DNA from: a bacterium
Lineage (GTDB): Bacteria; Armatimonadota; Zipacnadia; Zipacnadales; Zipacnadaceae
NCBI GenBank assembly: GCA_030603495.1
Contig: JAUVXR010000010.1
Location: forward strand, 5,499 to 69,498
Reading direction: 5' to 3'
DNA: 64,000 bases
A program made the translations under genes and the position numbers. Shown piece by piece: positions 60,594 through 64,000 of this stretch. The notes beneath the pieces were generated by a model. The model had not been told where the DNA came from and ran no database searches. It saw nothing but the letters and a program-made list of their open reading frames with translations. Within the stretch, counting starts at the first letter, position 1. The number at the start of each line of letters is the position of its first letter.

Positions 60594-62351
60594 ATGGCTA
60601 AGAGACGAGAGAGGGCGAGCGAAGACTTCTTCGAGTGTATTGTTGCGAACTCGTCTCAGCGGCTGCTGGTCGTCGATCAGGACCTAACGATCATCTACGC
60701 CAGCCCAAGCTATTGCGCATCGCGGGACCTGAGCGCTGAGCAAATAGAGGGCGGCAACCTCAACGAATTCTTCCCTGCCTCGATGATGGTAGAGGCCCAG
60801 CTTGGCGAAGCGATCCGTAAGACACTCGCCAATGGTCAGCACACAAGATGGTCTGGCTACCGCCAAGCCACAGATGACCACAGCGACCGCGTCATCAATA
60901 TCCGCCTAGACCCGTACCAACACGATGATCAGTCTCTGGTCCTACTTACTATCGAAGATATAACTCAACAACACCGTCAGCTATATGAGCGAAATATCAT
61001 ACAGCAGATCTCGGAGGTGATGCTCGGTATAATCAGCCTGCCGCGGTTGCTGCACGCAATACTCACCGCCATAACCGCGGGGGGCGCGGTTGGACTGGGC
61101 TTTAACCGGGCCGTTCTGATGTTGGTAGACGAAGAGGCCAGCCTACTCAAGGCCGAGATGGCGGTTGGGCCCCGTGATGCTGAGCAGGCATACGATATCT
61201 GGGCGCAGATGGGGCTTGAGGAACATCATGTTCTGGATGACCTTCTCGACGACGAGGCAGAACTGCCTCCCCCGGAGGAGCAGCCTCTGTACGATCTTGT
61301 CCAGCACCTCCAGTTCCCCCTCAGCGAAACAGATGCCCTGCCCACGGCGGCAATAGCACGCCGTGAGACTGTTCACGTTCGCGATGCACGCAATAACGCA
61401 CAAGTCAGTGAGCAGCTCTACGAGTTACTACAGGCTGAGGAGTTCATCGTAGCGCCACTGCTGGTCGAAAACCAAGCCATTGGCGCGCTGATTGCTAGCA
61501 ACTTTGTGACACGCCGACCTATTGCCCAACCTGATGTGCACTTGCTTAATACGCTGGCCAATCAGGCTGCTTTAGCCATCGATCGCGCACGAGCCTACGA
61601 AGAGATTCAGCGACGTGCCGAAGAACTGGAGCAGGCCTACGAAAGGCTGGCGGCAGCGCAGAAGGAGAAAATCGAAGCAGAAAAGCTGGCAACTATCGGG
61701 GAGGTCACTGCGCTTGTAGCTCACGAGATCCGTAACCCTATGTCAACCATCGGCGGGTTCGCCCGTTCCATAAACCAGCGTCCCGATGACCTACAACGGG
61801 TCCAGCGTAACTCCCGCATCATCATTGAAGAGGTCGAACGACTCGAACAGATCCTGCAACAACTGCTCGACTTTGTCAAGCCGCCGTATAGCGAGCTGAT
61901 CCTCGACCGGCTTGAACCCCTTATCGACTATGCCGTCCAGATGACCACGAGCCTAGTCGGAGAGGCGCACGTTGTTCTGGATGTGAATGTCGAAGAGAGA
62001 TTACCGGAGATATTCCTGGATCAGAAGCAATGCCAACAAGTGATGGTAAATCTGATCCGTAACGCGATGGAAGCGATGCCCGACGGCGGTCATCTGGAGA
62101 TCGGTGCGCGCCGCGTCGAGGGGACAGTGGAACTATACGTCTCGGATACCGGGAATGGCGTAAGGCCCGAGCACCTCGGCGAGATCTTCGACACTTTCTA
62201 TACCACTAAGCCCTCAGGCACTGGTCTGGGATTGGCATTGACGCAGAGAATAGTCCACCAGCACGGTGCGGAGATAAAGGTATCTAGTGAAGAAGGTAAA
62301 GGCAGCACTTTTGCGATTGCCTTCCCAATTCCAGCCGAGCAGCACAAGTAG
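60594..62351 (+). CDS. Cytoplasmic PAS-GAF sensor histidine kinase
   Basis: HisKA 'AHEIRNPMSTIGGFA' and HATPase_c 'DTGNGV...GTGLGLAL'. The start is the ATG 3 nt after the GalT-like stop. Confidence 0.85.
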   Translation: MAKRRERASEDFFECIVANSSQRLLVVDQDLTIIYASPSYCASRDLSAEQIEGGNLNEFFPASMMVEAQLGEAIRKTLANGQHTRWSGYRQATDDHSDRVINIRLDPYQHDDQSLVLLTIEDITQQHRQLYERNIIQQISEVMLGIISLPRLLHAILTAITAGGAVGLGFNRAVLMLVDEEASLLKAEMAVGPRDAEQAYDIWAQMGLEEHHVLDDLLDDEAELPPPEEQPLYDLVQHLQFPLSETDALPTAAIARRETVHVRDARNNAQVSEQLYELLQAEEFIVAPLLVENQAIGALIASNFVTRRPIAQPDVHLLNTLANQAALAIDRARAYEEIQRRAEELEQAYERLAAAQKEKIEAEKLATIGEVTALVAHEIRNPMSTIGGFARSINQRPDDLQRVQRNSRIIIEEVERLEQILQQLLDFVKPPYSELILDRLEPLIDYAVQMTTSLVGEAHVVLDVNVEERLPEIFLDQKQCQQVMVNLIRNAMEAMPDGGHLEIGARRVEGTVELYVSDTGNGVRPEHLGEIFDTFYTTKPSGTGLGLALTQRIVHQHGAEIKVSSEEGKGSTFAIAFPIPAEQHK

Positions 62352-62394
62352 ACTGCGCACTCTGCTGAGGCTTGATTACAAGGGAGTGAGGCTT

Positions 62395-62778
62395 ATGCCA
62401 ACAGTTCTGGTTGTTGATGACGACGAGCACCAGCGTCTGCTATACCAGGAGGAGCTTGAGTTCGAGGGCTATGAGGTAATCCTGGCTGCCAGTGGGCAAG
62501 AGGCTATAGACACAATCGCTAACCAATCCGTGGACTGCGTGGTGTTGGACATCGCCATGCCCGGGATGGACGGCGTGGAAACGCTGGGGAAGATCCTCGA
62601 CATTAACCGGCAACTGCCCATCATTCTCCACACCGCCTATTCCAGCTACAAGGATGACTTCATGACCTGGGCCGCCGAGGCGTACGTGATTAAGTCATCG
62701 GATCTGAGCAGCCTGAAGCAGTATGTGAAGAAGGCGGTGGCATCAAGCCAATCGGCCGACACAGAGGCACACAGCTAA
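62395..62778 (+). CDS. Single-domain response regulator (CheY-like receiver)
   Basis: 'VLVVDDDE', the phospho-acceptor 'VLDIAMPGMDG' and a 'TAYS' motif. RBS agggag. Confidence 0.85.
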   Translation: MPTVLVVDDDEHQRLLYQEELEFEGYEVILAASGQEAIDTIANQSVDCVVLDIAMPGMDGVETLGKILDINRQLPIILHTAYSSYKDDFMTWAAEAYVIKSSDLSSLKQYVKKAVASSQSADTEAHS

Positions 62779-62783
62779 GCTAA

Positions 62784-64000
62784 ATGAACCGGAACGAGAA
62801 TTATCCTGGGATAAGCGACGCCATGGCGATGATCCTGGCCGGCGGCAAAGGCCAGCGGCTCTACCCGCTGACGCGCTGGCGAGCCAAGCCCGCTATTCGC
62901 TTCGCTGCCAGCTATCGCATGGTGGACTTCACCCTAAGCAACTGCGTCAACTCGCACCTCAAGCGCGTCCACTTACTGACCCAATACGCCGCCACGTCGC
63001 TGCACCGCCACATTCAATGGGGGTGGGCAAGCATGTTCGTGGGTGAGCTGGGTGAGTTCATTGATACTGTCCCGCCTCAGAAGGTCTTCGCCGACCGCTG
63101 GTATGCGGATACCGCTGATGCGATCTATCAGAACCTGTTCATCCTCCAGGAAGAACGGCCTGCGCTGGTATTCGTCTTATCCGGTGACCATGCCTACAAG
63201 ATGGACTATCGCCCGATGTTGACGACGCATCTGGACAGGGCCGCTCAACTAACCATCGCCTGCCTTAAGCTGCCGCGTGAGCAGTGCCAGCAGCTGGGCG
63301 TGGTCACGACCGACGAATCGGGGCGCATCATTGGCTTTGACGAGAAGCCAGCCGTGCCCCAGCCAGTGCCTGACAATGCTGATTACTCCCTGGCCTCGAT
63401 GGGCGTATATCTCTGGAATAGCGAAGACCTGGCTCGTCAGGTCGCCCAGGATGCTACCAGTGGCAGTAGCCACGACTTCGGGCAGGATGTCGTTCCCCGC
63501 ATGATTGAGCAGGGCTTGGCCGTGTACGCCTACGATTTCCGCGACCCCACCACCGATCAGCCGGGCTACTGGCGCGACATCGGGACACTCGACAGTTACT
63601 GGCAGAGCAACATGGACCTGACTACGGTTCTGCCGGAGTTCAACCTCTACGATCACCAGTGGCCGATCTATACCTACTACAGCCAGCGTCCACCCGCGAA
63701 AACCAGCAGCAGCCAGGCAGATGCTCTTCTCAAAGACTGTTTGGTATCCGCCGGCTGTATCATTTCCGGGGCGGAAGCTCACCGTTCGCTGCTGTCACCT
63801 GGCGTGCGGCTGGAAGAGGAGGCACAGATTACCGAGTCCATCCTAATGGACGATGTGCGGATCGGTGCCGGCGCTCGTCTTAACAGGGTTATCGTGGATG
63901 AAGGCGTCACTGTTCCCCCCGGAAGCACGATCGGCCTGGACCGCGACCAGGACGCGAAGAGATTTGTCGTAACTGACAGTGGGATTACCGTAGTGCCGAC
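62784..64000 (+). CDS. glgC: Glucose-1-phosphate adenylyltransferase (partial; runs off the window end; an alternative start at 62823)
   Basis: 'AMILAGGKGQRLYPLT', 'PAIRFAASYRMVDFTLSNCVNS' and 'PADNFG'-class motifs. It has no stop in the window, hence its absence from the ORF track. Confidence 0.85.
   Translation, partial: MNRNENYPGISDAMAMILAGGKGQRLYPLTRWRAKPAIRFAASYRMVDFTLSNCVNSHLKRVHLLTQYAATSLHRHIQWGWASMFVGELGEFIDTVPPQKVFADRWYADTADAIYQNLFILQEERPALVFVLSGDHAYKMDYRPMLTTHLDRAAQLTIACLKLPREQCQQLGVVTTDESGRIIGFDEKPAVPQPVPDNADYSLASMGVYLWNSEDLARQVAQDATSGSSHDFGQDVVPRMIEQGLAVYAYDFRDPTTDQPGYWRDIGTLDSYWQSNMDLTTVLPEFNLYDHQWPIYTYYSQRPPAKTSSSQADALLKDCLVSAGCIISGAEAHRSLLSPGVRLEEEAQITESILMDDVRIGAGARLNRVIVDEGVTVPPGSTIGLDRDQDAKRFVVTDSGITVVP

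Overview
High-GC bacterial chromosomal window, with a gene repertoire and style reminiscent of Chloroflexota-like lineages (weak guess). Almost all genes are on the minus strand, and the window has a housekeeping backbone: rpoC (partial, TTG start; missed by the ATG-only ORF track) and rpoB, ispDF, a yacL-like gene, class II ribonucleotide reductase nrdJ, gyrA and gyrB, fur-feoA-feoB, argB, dtd, thiE, glgC (partial) and a PAS/GAF histidine kinase with a receiver protein. Interleaved with these are accessory-looking segments. (i) A ~3.5 kb block separates gyrA from gyrB. It carries a secreted protein made of ~20-aa tandem beta-repeats, a membrane protein whose C-terminal half is low-GC, a terminase-small-subunit/IS-type HTH gene translationally coupled (GTGA overlap) to one of two paralogous mini membrane proteins, and a GT2 glycosyltransferase. 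(ii) A ~300-bp tandem duplication lies upstream of a class-I glutamine amidotransferase gene. It duplicates a near-identical bidirectional terminator hairpin, a diverged leader and a decayed copy of the gene's 5' end. (iii) A pentapeptide-repeat::K+-channel fusion gene. (iv) Two families of dispersed intergenic structured repeats: a 65-95 nt hairpin element in three copies, and a GC-rich 'GGACAGGCGAGACGCCTGTCC' REP-like hairpin at three loci. (v) A ~10 kb co-directional cluster encoding an ABC exporter, a LolA-like secreted protein, a sigma-region-2-like membrane protein, a TPR lipoprotein, an RNase-H-like exonuclease, a Gfo/Idh/MocA oxidoreductase, an M16 peptidase pair and an RmlC-like cupin. 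I found no CRISPR array, tRNA, rRNA, integrase or recognisable defence genes. I cannot point to a single well-defined undescribed system. The gyrA-gyrB insert and the duplicated terminator-leader locus are the most unusual structures I can support from the sequence.
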